From Carcharhinus longimanus (lineage: Eukaryota): 64,000 nt of DNA. The stretch covers positions 66,027,400-66,091,399 of the forward strand of contig JASCQW010000081.1 of NCBI GenBank assembly GCA_030264375.1, read 5' to 3'. Numbering within the stretch: the stretch's first letter is position 1; the number at the start of each line of letters is the position of its first letter. The position numbers and the translations under genes were made by a program. Positions 24,184-37,140 of the stretch are shown in pieces. The notes under the pieces are model-generated. The model had not been told where the DNA came from. It saw only the letters and a list, made by a program, of their open reading frames with translations, and made no database searches.

Positions 24184-24459
24184 AGAAGAAATATATAATT
24201 TATTGCAAAGCTGCATCACTGCAGTTGGTCAGAGGAATGTGTGGTTAGAGTGGTTGTCATCATTTGCTGGCAACCAAATGAGTCACAGCTGCCTTTTCAT
24301 GGTTATACGCTCGAGAGGAAAAGTAAAGTATTTATGGCTGGAATTTTACCGCCCTGCCTGCCATAGGAATTGGAGCGGGCGAGGGGCAGACTATAGGAAG
24401 GTCTGTTGACTTCGGGCGGGGTTTTAGGACTAGCAGGGCCATAAAACCTCACCCTATGT

Positions 24460-24795
24460 CTTTCACAACCTCAGGACATGTGAACATACATTTGAAGTTT
24501 TGGCTGTAGGAAACACAGCAGCCAATTTACACACAGCAAATCTCACAGTGAATGAGTTACATGAATTGCTCTTTTTTTTTAGTAATGTTAACTGAACAAT
24601 ACATATTGTCGAGGACATCAAGGACAACTCCTTTGCTTTGAATAATGCTGTGGGATCTTTTATATCCTCCTGAGGAGACAGAAATGGAGCAGCTAGCAAG
24701 ATTTATTTTCTCACCTTAAGTATGGCATCACCTACAAGCCAGTAATCCCTCAGCACCACAATGAAAGGTTAGCCCACATCATGTGCTCAGGTTTC
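24460..24795 (-). mobile_element. Deu-SINE
   Basis: Colinear with 41565-41960 (CCTCAGGACAT...GCAGCCAATTTACACACAGCAA...GGGATCTTTTATATCC). Confidence 0.75.
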
Positions 24796-26149
24796 TATTT
24801 TAGTAATTATCCATGCACATGTTGCATAATTGTAAGGCATTAATGTAATAGTTTCCAGAAATAATCAACTGAAACCACTTCACAACTGCGACATAAGCAG
24901 TCGTTTAGCCTGAGAATTTTCTTCCAAAAGGCCTGTCATTCTATCAAAATATAAGCACCTGTGGTACAGAACAAGCAGATTACATCCCAAATATTGTGTT
25001 AACAATGTGTTATTTCAATCACGCAGTGATAATTGCAGTAGCAAAAGGAATAGTGTTCAAGTTCGGTCAGTACTGGGCACGATATTAGGCAGTCTTTCAG
25101 AATGTTAGCACTATTCTCCACACATTGTCAGTACTGCTGAGATTTTGCAGCATTTTCTGTTTCTGCTTCAGATTCCTACCAGCAGTCATTTGCTTTTGTA
25201 ACAAAGATACTGGTTTACCATTTAGTTTTTGGGATCCAGGAAGTTCCTTATTTAGGAAAACATAGCATAACAATCTATATTTCTTTACTTATATTTTAGT
25301 TTTTGAAAGCACACAAACACAAGGTGATGATTAAACGTATAGAATGCGATTTACACACACACACACTCAGGTGAGTGGTTGGGAAATCCATAAACTACCA
25401 ATTGAATGTCTGTTTCCAAAGTATTACTGAGTGAGAATTTTTCTTCTCACTGTTGAAGACAATGGGGATAATCGTACCATGTTTATTTTGCCCAGAAGTG
25501 TAAACTTCCCATCGCTGGGAACCATCAGAAAATACGATTTGAATCACAAACTTAAGATGGTTCCAACTGTGTTATACAAATAGCTACCCAGAAAACATAA
25601 TTAAAACCTCTTCTAACTCTCGGTAACCATTGAAAAAAACCCATACTGAACCCCCCACTCCCCCAACCTCAGGAATGCTCAGAAAGCCCTAACCACCCAG
25701 GATACTCCCACAACCCCTCCCCTAGCTAACCACACACTAGCTAACCCCTTGGGATCCCCTGTCACCCTACACCACCTACATTGAACTACCTCTCACCACC
25801 CAAGGTCTGACTTCCCCACCCAAGGTGCAAATCTCCACCCACCACTGAGGTCTGACCCCCTTCTTTAGTCTCTGACCTCCTATCCTCCCACACCCCAAAT
25901 CCTATCCACATACCTTGGAGAGTTACTTTCGCCCTGGCCTGTTAATTTTAACTTTAACTTACCTGGATTACTGCAGCTGTTGCCATATTGGATAATTTCT
26001 GTGCAAACACTAATCGGTGAAGTTCCACGAGGGATTCTGCAGCACATCTTTAGGACATCCACTCCAATCCAACGCTGGGGAGCACAGAATTTACAGCCTG
26101 ATATATTTCTTGATTAGTAAAAAAATTTGAGCCTTTCATGATCTCAGGA

Positions 26150-27070
26150 TGTTAGACTTCTTCACACCAGCAGAGGTTACAGAAATTGGACAGGATTAAA
26201 ATTTCCAAGATATTTCTTAACTGGAAGCCAATCGGTGAGCAGGGAGTGATGGGTGAATGGGTCTATGTACAAGTCTGCACATTGCCAGAAGTTTGGGCAA
26301 TCTAGCAGATGATCAAGGGAGAAAAGGCAGGAGTGCACTGAAACAGGCAAGTCTAAAAGGTTAACAATGGCTTTGATGAAGGGTTCAATAGGTGAGCTGA
26401 GGGCGGGTGGAGTTATGCCTTGTTAGTTATAGAGATAGTTGGCAATGGCCTTACAGAGAACAACATCTGATTGTAAATACTATGTCGCGAATAGACTGGC
26501 TCAGCTTCAGATGGTTCCAGAAGAGGAATGGAGTAGCAAAGACAATGGTTTTGGTTTTCTCTTTTTCAGTATTCAGTTGCAGGAATTTTCTGCTGTCATT
26601 TCAGAGAAGCAGTCTGTCAATTTAGAAATAACATAGAGGTCAAGACAGGTTGGTGCTGAGGTAGAATTGGTTGTTATCAATGTACACATGGAGTTAGATA
26701 ATTGTTTTAGATGATACAGTGGAGGGACAGAATATAAATGTGATAGGAAGAGACTGTAGACAGATTATTTGGGGACACTAGACATAGTAGTGGGAATATT
26801 AAGAGAAACCATTGCAGAGGTTTCTCTGGCTATGATGGATAGATAAAGAATGAAACCAGGTTGAGTACAATTCCACTCAGCTGGAGAGGCTTTGGAGGAG
26901 AATTGCGTGGTCAATCATGTCAAAGACCGCCAACAGGTCATGGATGAGGAGAGGTAGTTTATCACAGTTAGTGGCACATTTCCTAAAGAGCAAATTTGTT
27001 ACTGTGGCTGAAACAAAAACCTGACTGGAGGGATTCAAACAGGGAATTTTAGAACGAACAGAAACAGGTG
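26150..27070 (-). mobile_element. Old L2-type LINE fragment
   Basis: ORF 26877-27149 contains LLIHDLLAVFDMIDHAILLQSL, a degenerate L2 RT motif (LLDLSAAFDTIDH.ILL). Confidence 0.7.
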
Positions 27071-29523
27071 TAGGAGTTTGTTGAGACATAGGAACAAACA
27101 CTGGCCAGAACACATTGCAGAACTCAGCTGCTCCTTCAAATTCCACCATGAAAACTTATGTTCACCTGAGAAAACAGTCAGGGTTGCAGTTTTGATATCT
27201 CATTGAAAGATGGCACCTTTGACTGTGCAGCACTTCTTTAGTGATGCATTGAAGTGCCAACCTAGATTGTGCGCTCAAATTAGTACCATATATGTGATAT
27301 TCACAATCATTTTCCTCTGTTTCATGCTGGAAGCAATAGTTTGAAGTGTAATACGCTGGTATTTAGGCTACAATCAATGCATGGCCCAGCTAGTTCAGAA
27401 AGGCCAGTGACATTCAGTATCTCTGTCCCTTTGTAAACAGCCCTTTTTTTTAGAAAATTGTGCCTTTGTCTCCATTGTGTTTAGTTTATTCCATGCCTAC
27501 ATAAATAGTAGATCAACTTGTTTACGTTAAACATATCTGCAGTATCAGGTTCAGGTTTTACATTTAATTTTTTAAAAAAGTGAAGAAAGGTTCATTCTAT
27601 CTTTCAAAAGCAAGTTGGTTCAAGGTACTTAGGCAATGAAGTAGTATGATGTAACTATATTATGAGTTTTCTGCAATAATTATTGTGCAAAATAATTAAA
27701 CATATTGACAGGGACTGTATTACTTAAAGGGATGTATCTTATCCTTAGAAACAGGATATATAGAAAATGCAGTTTCCATTTGATCCAATTCACCAGTTTA
27801 TCGGAACTTCTGAAAGCAATCAGCTACTAACTTAAAAGGGCGCAATACCTAGACAAGCATTGTCTGCATTAACTACAGTGTGAATATAAATTACTTCAGT
27901 CAAAACAACTTAATCAATCCAAAGCAATCAGTAAAGCACATCAAGAGAAAAGATTGTCAATGGCTTTGCAAATTGGTTAAAATGGGACATTTTACCCATG
28001 TCACAGTAATAGCTACATTGGAATCTTGCACACAACCTTTATCCAAAAGGTCATGGTTACACTGGGGAAGATCCAGAGGAGAACACAAAGGACAATTTCT
28101 GGATCATTACCAGGTTATGAAGAGAGATGCACAGAATTATTTTTTATTAAATTTCAACTGCATTGGAAAATGTTGGCCAGGAGGGAAAATGATCAAGATC
28201 TTGAAAAATCTTGGTTTATATAAATGGATGACGAGTTGTCTCCAGTACAAAAAGCACACCAGGGACTTCTAGAAAAAAATACAATGCTTTATAAATTGAT
28301 TAGCTCCACATGCTGAATCAATAGTGGTTAACCATAATACCAAAGGAAGTAGGGATTCTAATGACTTATTGGCAATCAATAATAAATGGAACAAAATAGT
28401 TCGATGTTAACAGGAACAAGGAAGTGCCAATTAGGAAATAAAACTGTTCAGATGGAATAACAAATTGTAAAGTTAGAATAGTATTCTGAAATCCTTTCTC
28501 TGTAAGTGCAAATGATTAGGGAAAACAAGAGTGCTTTAACTTCTTGGAACTTTCTTTTAACTCTCATGATTAAATAAACTGGGCAAAGTATGAGAGACTA
28601 GTATAAATTGCGCACAGCTTTTGTGACTAAGTTTTTTTCATTTTGTAACTTTGAAAAATTGTTTCTTCCAGACTTTTTTTAATGTTATCCATTAATCTAA
28701 GGACCACAAGTGAATTGCAATATTGATTGCCAATAGATCGGTGATTTCAATGAGTTGATTTACTGGAATTTTACCTTGAAGTTAAAGGAGAAAAAACTTC
28801 ACTGAGACCATTTGGCCTGAAATACCTATTTTCTTACTTTAATAGAGTATATGAGTGCTTCCTTTTTTAAAAAAAGGATTTAATGATAGTAAATAACTTT
28901 TTATTTTCACAGTTCAGTACAGCTTTCAAAGGAATCAAACATTCAAATCACGTTATATTGCAACACAAATTATAAAAATAAACAGGCAATAAAATGATTT
29001 AATATTTTACCTGAAAATTAGATCAATACTCAGTAGTTTCCCTCATGGCCCAGAGCATGCTGTCAAATTGTCCTTGCATTCACCCAGACATATTATACAT
29101 AATAAGTGAAGGGTGATCTGCAATCATAGTGACTAAAAAATACTATTGCATTAAAATACACAGTTACAACACAAATCAAAATTTGACACTTCAAGCTCTG
29201 TAAATATTCAAGTCTTTTTACAATGCGTCTTAAGAGGGTTTTGGTTTCTTCACTATTGCCACCACACCACTGGGGACCACAGAGCGAAAGGCTCATGTCA
29301 GTCCCTGTCAGGATTTGCATAATCTCCGAATCCTTCTGCAATGCTATTCAAATTTCTGCCACCCAGATTACCGGGGCCTGCATGGAATAGCAGTGAGGGA
29401 ATGTATAGCACCAAGACGACTACATCACTTCTGGTTAACAGTAAAAGGTACAAAACAAAATCTTGGGCCCTGATAATTCCATGGGTACATCAACAGCCTG
29501 CACTATAGATTTTATAAAAGTTT

Positions 29524-29665
29524 AAAGTTTATTTATTAATCACAAGTAGGCTTACATTAACACTACAATGAAGTTCCTGTGAAAATCTCCTAGTCACCAC
29601 ACACTGATGTCTATCCGGATATGCTGAGGGAGAATTTAGCACATCCAATGCACCTAACCAGCACG
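29524..29665 (-). mobile_element. V-SINE family C, 3' fragment
   Basis: Reverse complement of 12430-12572. Confidence 0.82.
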
Positions 29666-30279
29666 TGAGTTCTCACTGTGATCCAGACAACTGCCAATTC
29701 TAAGTGGACAGGAAGTTGGGGCAATAGGGATGGCAGTACAATAAAGGAGGAAAATCATTGTACAACTATGATCCAAGCCAAATAACAGACTAATGTACGA
29801 AATGGCACTAGCAAAGACCTGCGAATATGACCCCTATCGATTCATGTATTGAGGGTGAAAGGAATGAGCTGGAGGGAGAAGGCTGTACAAACATAGAGAT
29901 GTAGATATGTTGCAGACATTTGGCTGAAAATTCAAATACTGTACAAGGGGGAAAAGTAATCATGTTTAGAATTGCTCGTTACATGGATAATTTTAATTGG
30001 GTCAATATTGAATTCCAAAGGGTACACATTAAACTGCATTGTGAAAAAGGAGTTACCCTTGATTAGGATTACGAATGAAACCCATTTCAGTTTGGATTTT
30101 CTTTAGGTCAATGGTTATTTCAACAGGACTTGAACAGATCTGCAGACCATCAATCAATGACTGTGGGGAGAAAGAGAGAAAAACTATTTAAATACTAAAT
30201 TTCTTATAATGTGCTCCATCACAACCTTTTGAAGCTTGTCGATTAAAACTGACAATGGAGTAACTAACAGAAATAAATT

Positions 30280-33200
30280 GCTTGTGTGCTCTTTTTCCTT
30301 CTTTATTAAATATTTCATAAAGGCTTTATACAGAGTCCAATACATTAAATTCCAGCTAACTTTACAGCATGAAGCAGAAATGTGTATTCAATTGAAATGT
30401 AAAATTACAAAAAGGCAAGATTCTTTTCAAGAAAAAAAATCTACTGTTTTGCAAATGATAGCACATCAATAACCCCTAATCCCTCTTTTACAAATATTAA
30501 ATATATACATTATTTTAAAGGCCAGCATTGTCAGCTCATTATTTGTCCAAGGCATAATTAATGTATAGGGCATGCTCTGTACTCAAGTCTGCTGTAGGTA
30601 GAGAACTGTTAGCTTCCCAGTCTGCTTTATAGGCATCATGGATCAAATGTTCATCGCAGATAAATAAAACATTTCTACACTAAAGTGGATGACACTATAG
30701 AGTTAGAATTTTCACTTTTCTGGGTGCTCCTACCCACTTTGTTCAGGGACATCTCCAGATCATTCTTGACATTATTATAATAGTTGATACAGATGCTGCT
30801 AAAATGTTAAACCCTTAATTACATTGAGTGCTATAATTTTCCAGCACTTGTGATCTGCTCAAGCTGGTTGTACTGACCACTCTTTGATGCTGATCATTTG
30901 TTCAGTCAGGATTCAGTTATCACAAGATGATCATGCTGAACTAACCCATTCTTCTGTTGATCCCCATGAAAGTTCAACAAAATCAGGAACATTTCTCAAG
31001 AGGTGGATTGGTAAAGGACTAAAACTGGGTACATGAAGAGACTCATCAACACTGCTATCAGCAACCATGGATGTAAATCAAGAGTCTCTTGTCTTGCAAG
31101 GCACCTTTCAAGTGCAGCCTTGAAATAACTTCCAGTGGGAAGCATGGCTTCCTTCTTTCTGAAATTGACAGAAGTGCCATCATGTTTGCAGATTGACACT
31201 ATAATGCTTCTAAACAATTACTAGGTACAAAATTAAAATGGAGAACATGTTTCTTTTTAAAAGAACCAGCTCTTCCACAACTCTCCAGTGCTATCACTGA
31301 GTTGGTCTTCAATCAAAATGAATGGGGCCATGGGGGATTGCACTACATTTAAATGACTATTTGTCCGATCAGTGTGTGTGCATGCCATTTTACACTAATC
31401 ATATACTGCTATGTTATTTTGCACTATATAATAGTCACGCAAAATCTCATCTTAAATGGCAACTTGTTTAAATAACTATATCTCTGATCACCATCCAACT
31501 GTCCCTGAAATTAGTGACCATCACCTTCTGCTCAACCTTCCCAAAAGTAAAAAGTTTTAAATTGTTAAAAGTGCACTTGAAACATAAAGTGCGTAATCAT
31601 TTTCTCAAACTGTGCTGAACTGTATTCAGTTTGACTGCTGCTTTAGCAGACAAACAAACCTCTCATTCATAAATTACATTTCTAAGCATTCAATGGAAAT
31701 GTCTACTGTTTCACAATCTTATATTTTACTTGGCTACTCTCCAGAATGCGTGGTTTTCTTCATTGCAAACTTGTAAAACTCCTGTGTTCTCCCAAATTTT
31801 ACACTTCTTTTGACCCAAGTATGAAGACCTTGCAATGCCTCAACCATGTATTCGGTTCAGCTTGGAAATTAAGGCAGCAAAAAATACTCTGGACTGTTCA
31901 TCTGTATTATAAGTCTGACCAACAGGCATTACAATTAAATGAAGAAAAATCCATTAAGTCCAAGCTACTTAAAAAGAAAACTATTGCTGAAATCACACAA
32001 AGTTTGAATCAGGCAAATCTTGTGCCACTAGTCATCATGTGGCTGGTCTGGGATCTGCAGCATTTTTATTATTTGCCACCCTATCTACACCATGAAGGCC
32101 AATGCTTTAAACAGCCAAACTCAAGATAGTGCACCTATTTACAAATTGCAGAGATCAATTTATTCACGGTTGTAAATTCATCTAAGTTTCAGGCACCGGA
32201 TCAATGACTGACTCTCTTAGATTTTTAAAAAATAATTTTGCAACTGACCTGGGGGTGTGACAAACTGCAACAGATGCAACACAGTTTTCCTTTGCATGCT
32301 TAACTTAATAAGATCCTCACTGTCTTCAAAATGTTACACACACACCTTTAAAAGATGACAGCTAAGCCAAGAAATAATGAAGAATTGAGTATTTTATCTT
32401 TTTAAAACAACAGTCTCAATAAGCATGTAACTGGATGTAGTGCAGCATTTTACATCCCAATGCAATGCACCCAGCAACACTGCATGTGGAGCATTTTTCA
32501 GTCATGGTTATGTTTTCTAGTTATGCCCTCTCAAACCCAGAGACAGCAGAATTCTCTTTAGGTGCATTCAGTTGGTTTAGTTTGCCAATGCTAATGTCAA
32601 AATTGAATCAACTATTTTCTAGTATTGGAAATTTAAAAACAGAACTGCAGATTGTCAGAGCACTTTTATAATGTTAGCTTTATATGATCTTAAAGTTCAA
32701 TTTACACAGATGTAGTTACATTGCAACTGATCTATTGCACGGACTGTGCGAGAATGCTTGTTACCGGTAATTTTACTCATGATATCAAAAGCAAAAAAAA
32801 AGTCCCACCAAATTGGGCTGTAAGTGAAGCTAGTCACGAAACCCTGTGCAAGTGGCAATCTGGCTGACCTGTCAGGCATTGACCATAATTTTCTGATCGT
32901 GCCCGCGGCTGGGATTCTCTGGTCCCATGCAGTGAATGAAGCTTTGGGCTGAGTGCTAAACTTTAAGTTCTCATTAGCAGCAGTGGCGAGGCACGAGATC
33001 AGAGAATTCTGGCCATTGTGTCTTTTAAATGAAAAACGAATTGCAAAATTTTTGAGCGTAAAGACATGTTTTAAATAACATATCGAATAAAAGAGCACAC
33101 AAAGTAAAACACAACAGTTTGACAATCAGAAAATGGTTGCATATAATTTATTACAGGCTAGTCCATATAATCTCTTAATAGATATAGTCTATGACAAAAT

Positions 33201-33989
33201 AGATTCTGCTCAGAAATAGGGAACTACTGGAAAACAACTGATCCTTTTTTCAGTGTAGAATCCACTCAATCCTCATTTAGTTCATCATATACTTTAATTG
33301 CTTCTCTAACAAGTTTAGTGGATTATTGTACCTCCTGGTTTAGTACTGAACCACCCAAACCAAGGGAGGTTCCAGGTTCAACCCAGGATGACATCAGGTT
33401 AGCCAGAATAGCAGATTGGGCACAACATGCAGTAGTCCCCACTGAGCTCTGGAGCAGGGAAAAGAAACTAGCCAGGATTCCCACTCGTTCCCTCCTGCTG
33501 GAAGAACCATAATATGCTCAGGTTTTGGCTCTGTTGTGATGTAACAATGCTTATTTACTGATTCGACTCACACACAAAGACTTGAGGAAGGGACCAAACG
33601 AGGGTCTGCATCTGTGGAACCATACTCCAAATGTGAACCAGAGTCCTCGAGAGAAAATTGGGGTGGGGGGGCGGGGGAGTTGTTGACGGCACATTCAGAT
33701 ACAAGGTCTCACAGTAATAGTGAGGAGCAAAAAAATCTTTCATGGCTATTTTGCAATGCATCCTAAAGGAAATAGTCTATCTTCCAGTAGACAGCAGTTT
33801 ATACCATATTGGTCTCCTATTCCAGAAGGGTGCTCACTGCAACGAGTACCAACAAAAAGTTTTCTTCTGTGAACGACTGACAGAAACATACTTCTTATTT
33901 ACAATAACAAATATTTTGTACAAATCTCTTGTAGTTTCTAGAGATTGAGGCAGTAACTTTCCTGCGTTAATGCTAGACACGTCTTGTCA
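30280..33989 (-). other. VAMP4: Probable VAMP4 3' UTR (distal end uncertain)
   Basis: Follows the stop codon, AT-rich and comparatively poor in LINE fragments. Minus-strand AATAAA occurs at 33147-33152, 32159-32164, 32065-32070, 30302-30307 and 28900-28905. The end point is inferred. Confidence 0.45.
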
Positions 33990-34018
33990 TCAGGAGCGAT
34001 TCTTCAAAATTACTGGTA
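33990..34018 (-). CDS. VAMP4: VAMP4 last coding exon (29 nt including stop)
   Basis: atctccttgcag|TA CCA GTA ATT TTG AAG AAT CGC TCC TGA TGA = (I)PVILKNRS*. The phase matches, the ending resembles the human VAMP4 C-terminus (ILIVMKYRT), and there are tandem stop codons. Confidence 0.9.
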
Positions 34019-34670
34019 CTGCAAGGAGATGGAAAATAATTTGTTAAGAAAAATATTTTTATTTGTTTGGAAAAGCCTGCATAACACCACATAAATATTA
34101 TCATCTTATAGACACTTGTTGACAAGTATCCTATTCCCCAACGCAAAAATTAACTACCAGTAAAGAACAGTGGCTCCTTACAATTATTAATTAAGAATGA
34201 GACAAACAGAATTTAAAATAATCCGTTCTGCATTCTATTAATTTTGATATCCTTGAAAACAAATTGAAATAGATTAATAGATTTAATTAATTCTCTCACA
34301 TAATTAATTTTATCTTCCCTATTTAACTTTTTCCTCACACTGACTTCCTCAATAGCCAATGGATATATGAATTGTGGACTTAAGTCATTGTTAGATGTTT
34401 CTTATTCTTAAGTGTTTTTTTAAAAAGATACATGTATTGTGATAAAGGGTCACATCCATATAGTCATTGGAAGAAGCAACAAATGATGCACACTGCACTG
34501 AAAGCTGTTTATTACCTTTCTAGCAGAATATTGGGAAATAAATAATATAATCTTTCTTGACATATACATGTCAGAATAATCTGGCTGAAGAGGAATTCCA
34601 ACTTGAACATGATATAGTCAGTACAGAATTTAAGGGCTTGTACTTACTTTAAAATTATAAGGATACTTAC

Positions 34671-34722
34671 TGATGATGACCAACAAAACAACTACAACGA
34701 CCACTGATATGATGACTTTCAT
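34671..34722 (-). CDS. VAMP4: VAMP4 coding exon, transmembrane anchor (52 nt)
   Basis: cctttcag|ATG AAA GTC ATC ATA TCA GTG GTC GTT GTA GTT GTT TTG TTG GTC ATC ATC A|gtaagta = MKVIISVVVVVVLLVII. The phase 0 start matches the previous exon. Confidence 0.93.
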
Positions 34723-35273
34723 CTGAAAGGAAAACATTAACACAGTCAAAAAAGTAGTACACTGCAATCTTTCAAAACCATTGCTAAATAATATTAATTT
34801 GTAAATACAGATTTTTGTGTAATTTAGGAAATGTGTACTGAACTATGGTCTTAAGTGTATTTTCCATTGTTGCTTCTTCTGAACAAAGTTTTAATGTGTG
34901 CTCATAATGTTTCAATTATATTGAGGATTTAAGAAACACTTTTATAAGTAACCCAGTCATGTGAAACTGGGCACCGATGCATTTGGCATGCCTTTGAACA
35001 GATACATCTACCTATATACTAGAAGTATCCTTCTAACATAAATAACAACATAAGTAGGTGTCCTTTTTTACTGAGCCCGTTACATCTCTTTTGCATTCCT
35101 ATTTTGCTACGTTTGCCAATAAAAGAACTACAGTTAAATAGTGTATCTCATCGCCTCAGGATGTCCAAATGTGCTTTAAATCTATCAAGTACTTTTAAAA
35201 TGTAGCCACCCTTGTAATATACAAAATATGGCAAGAATTTGTGCACAGCAAGCTCCCACAACTGCAAATGTGA

Positions 35274-37140
35274 TTGTGAGCTTAGTGAAAAAAGGAGGCA
35301 TACTTAAACATAAATTTCAGGAAATTGAAAATGGATAAGGCTCTTGAGAATTACAAAGATAGCACAGAAGAGTTTAAACAGGGACCAAGAAATGTCCTTG
35401 GCAGGCAGGATTAAGGAGAATCCCATGGCTTTTTATGCGTTTAAGGTGGAATCTTAGGAATCTAAGAAAAGGATAAATCCACTCAAGGGCAGTAGAGGGC
35501 ATTTGTGTGCGGATCCAGATGAAGTGAGTGAGGTCCATAACAAGTACTTTGCATCAGATTCACAAAGGAAAAGGATATGGCGGATAGCAAATGTAGAAAG
35601 GAGGATGTTAACATTCTAGGACATGTTGAGATAAAAAGGGAGGTGGTATTGGAGGCTTTGAAAAACATTAAGGTGGACAAGTCCCCAGGTCAGATAAAGC
35701 CTATTCCAGAATACTCAGAGAAGCGAGGGAAGAGATTGCTGAGGCCTTGGCCAAAATCTATCTATCCTCTTCAGCCACAGGCGAGGTACCAGAGGATTGG
35801 AAAGTAGCTAACATTGTTCCTCTGATAAAGAAAAGCAGAAGAAACAATCTGGGAAATTACAGGCCTGTGAGCCTTACATCAGTCGTGCAGAAATTATTGA
35901 AGAAGATTCTTAGGGACAGGATGTACTCACATTTGGAACAGAATATGCTTATGAGCGATAGGCAGTATGTTTTTGTGAAGGGGAAGGCATGTCTCTCAAA
36001 CTTGTTTGAGATCTTTAAGTACCAAAAAAAAATTGACCAGGACAGGACAGTGGATGTTGTATACATAGATTTCAGTAAAGCCTTTGATAAACTTCCTCAT
36101 GGCACTCTGATACAGAAGGTGAAGTCATATGGGATCCGAGGTAAGCTGATAAGATGGATACAAAACTGGTTTGGGCATAGAAAGCAGGGAGTAGCAGTGG
36201 AAGGGTATTTTTCTAACTGGAGGTCTGTGACGAGCAGTGTTCTACAAGGACCAGTGCTAGTTTGTAATATGTCTATATATAGGAGGAAAATGCAGGCAGT
36301 CTGAATAGTAAATCTGCAGATGATACAAACACTGGGGGAGTAGCAGATACTGAGGAGGATTGTCATATATAAATCGGCTGGCAACCTGGGCCGAAAGATG
36401 GCAAATGGAATTTAACCCAGATGAATGTGAGGTGATGCAATTTGGAAGGTCTACTGCAGAAGGAAAGTTTACAGTAAATGGTAGAGCCCTTAGAAATATT
36501 AGCATAGAGAGATCTAGGTGTGCAGATCCACAGTTCCCTGAAGATAGAACTCAGCTAGACAAGATGGTCAAGAAGGCGTAGGGCATGTGGGCCTTCATCA
36601 GTTGGAGCGTCGAGTATAGGATTTGCAAAATCATGTTGCAGCTGTAGAAGACTTTGGTTAGGCTGCATTTGGCATAGTCTGATCGCCACACTGCCGGAAG
36701 GATATTAATGCATTGGAAAGAGTTTTAACAGAATGTTACCTGGTTTGGAGGATATGAACTATGAAGAAAGGTTGAACAAACTTGGATCATCGGAGGGTGA
36801 GGGGGGACCCAAGTGGATAGTCAGCTTTCTCCCCAGGGTCAAAGGGTCAATTACTTGGGAACATAGGTTGAAAGTGAGCGGGGAAAATTTGAAAGAGATG
36901 TAAGGGGTAACATTTTCACACAGAGGGTGGTGAATGCCTAGAACATGCTGTCAGAGGTGGTGGTGGAAGCTGTTTCTATAACAACGTTCAAGAGGCATCT
37001 GGGATAGACACATGAATAGGCAGGGAATAGAGGGATATGGACCACTTAGATGCAAGAAAGTATTAGATTTGAGAGACATCTGTGTCGGCACAGACTTGGT
37101 GGGCCGAATGCCTATTCCCGTGCTGTACTGTTCTTTATTC
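35274..37140 (+). mobile_element. CR1 LINE, 5'-truncated, inserted in a minus-strand Deu-SINE inside a VAMP4 intron
   Basis: ORF 35747-36304 has GEVPEDWKVANIVPL, NYRPVSLTSVV, VDVVYIDFSKAFDKLPH and SVLQGPVL. It is flanked by AATGTGA at 35267-35273 and 37141-37147 (candidate TSD), with Deu-SINE halves at about 35150-35273 and 37141-37335. Confidence 0.93.

Noticed and set aside
25640-25900. C-rich low-complexity block as a telomeric or G-quadruplex regulatory element
   Set aside because: No regular (CCCTAA)n period. It appears to be the interior of a GC-rich dispersed repeat ending near 26098.
35747-36304. Longest ORF (185 aa) as a host gene or active reverse transcriptase
   Set aside because: It is a fragment of a frameshifted, 5'-truncated CR1 ORF2.
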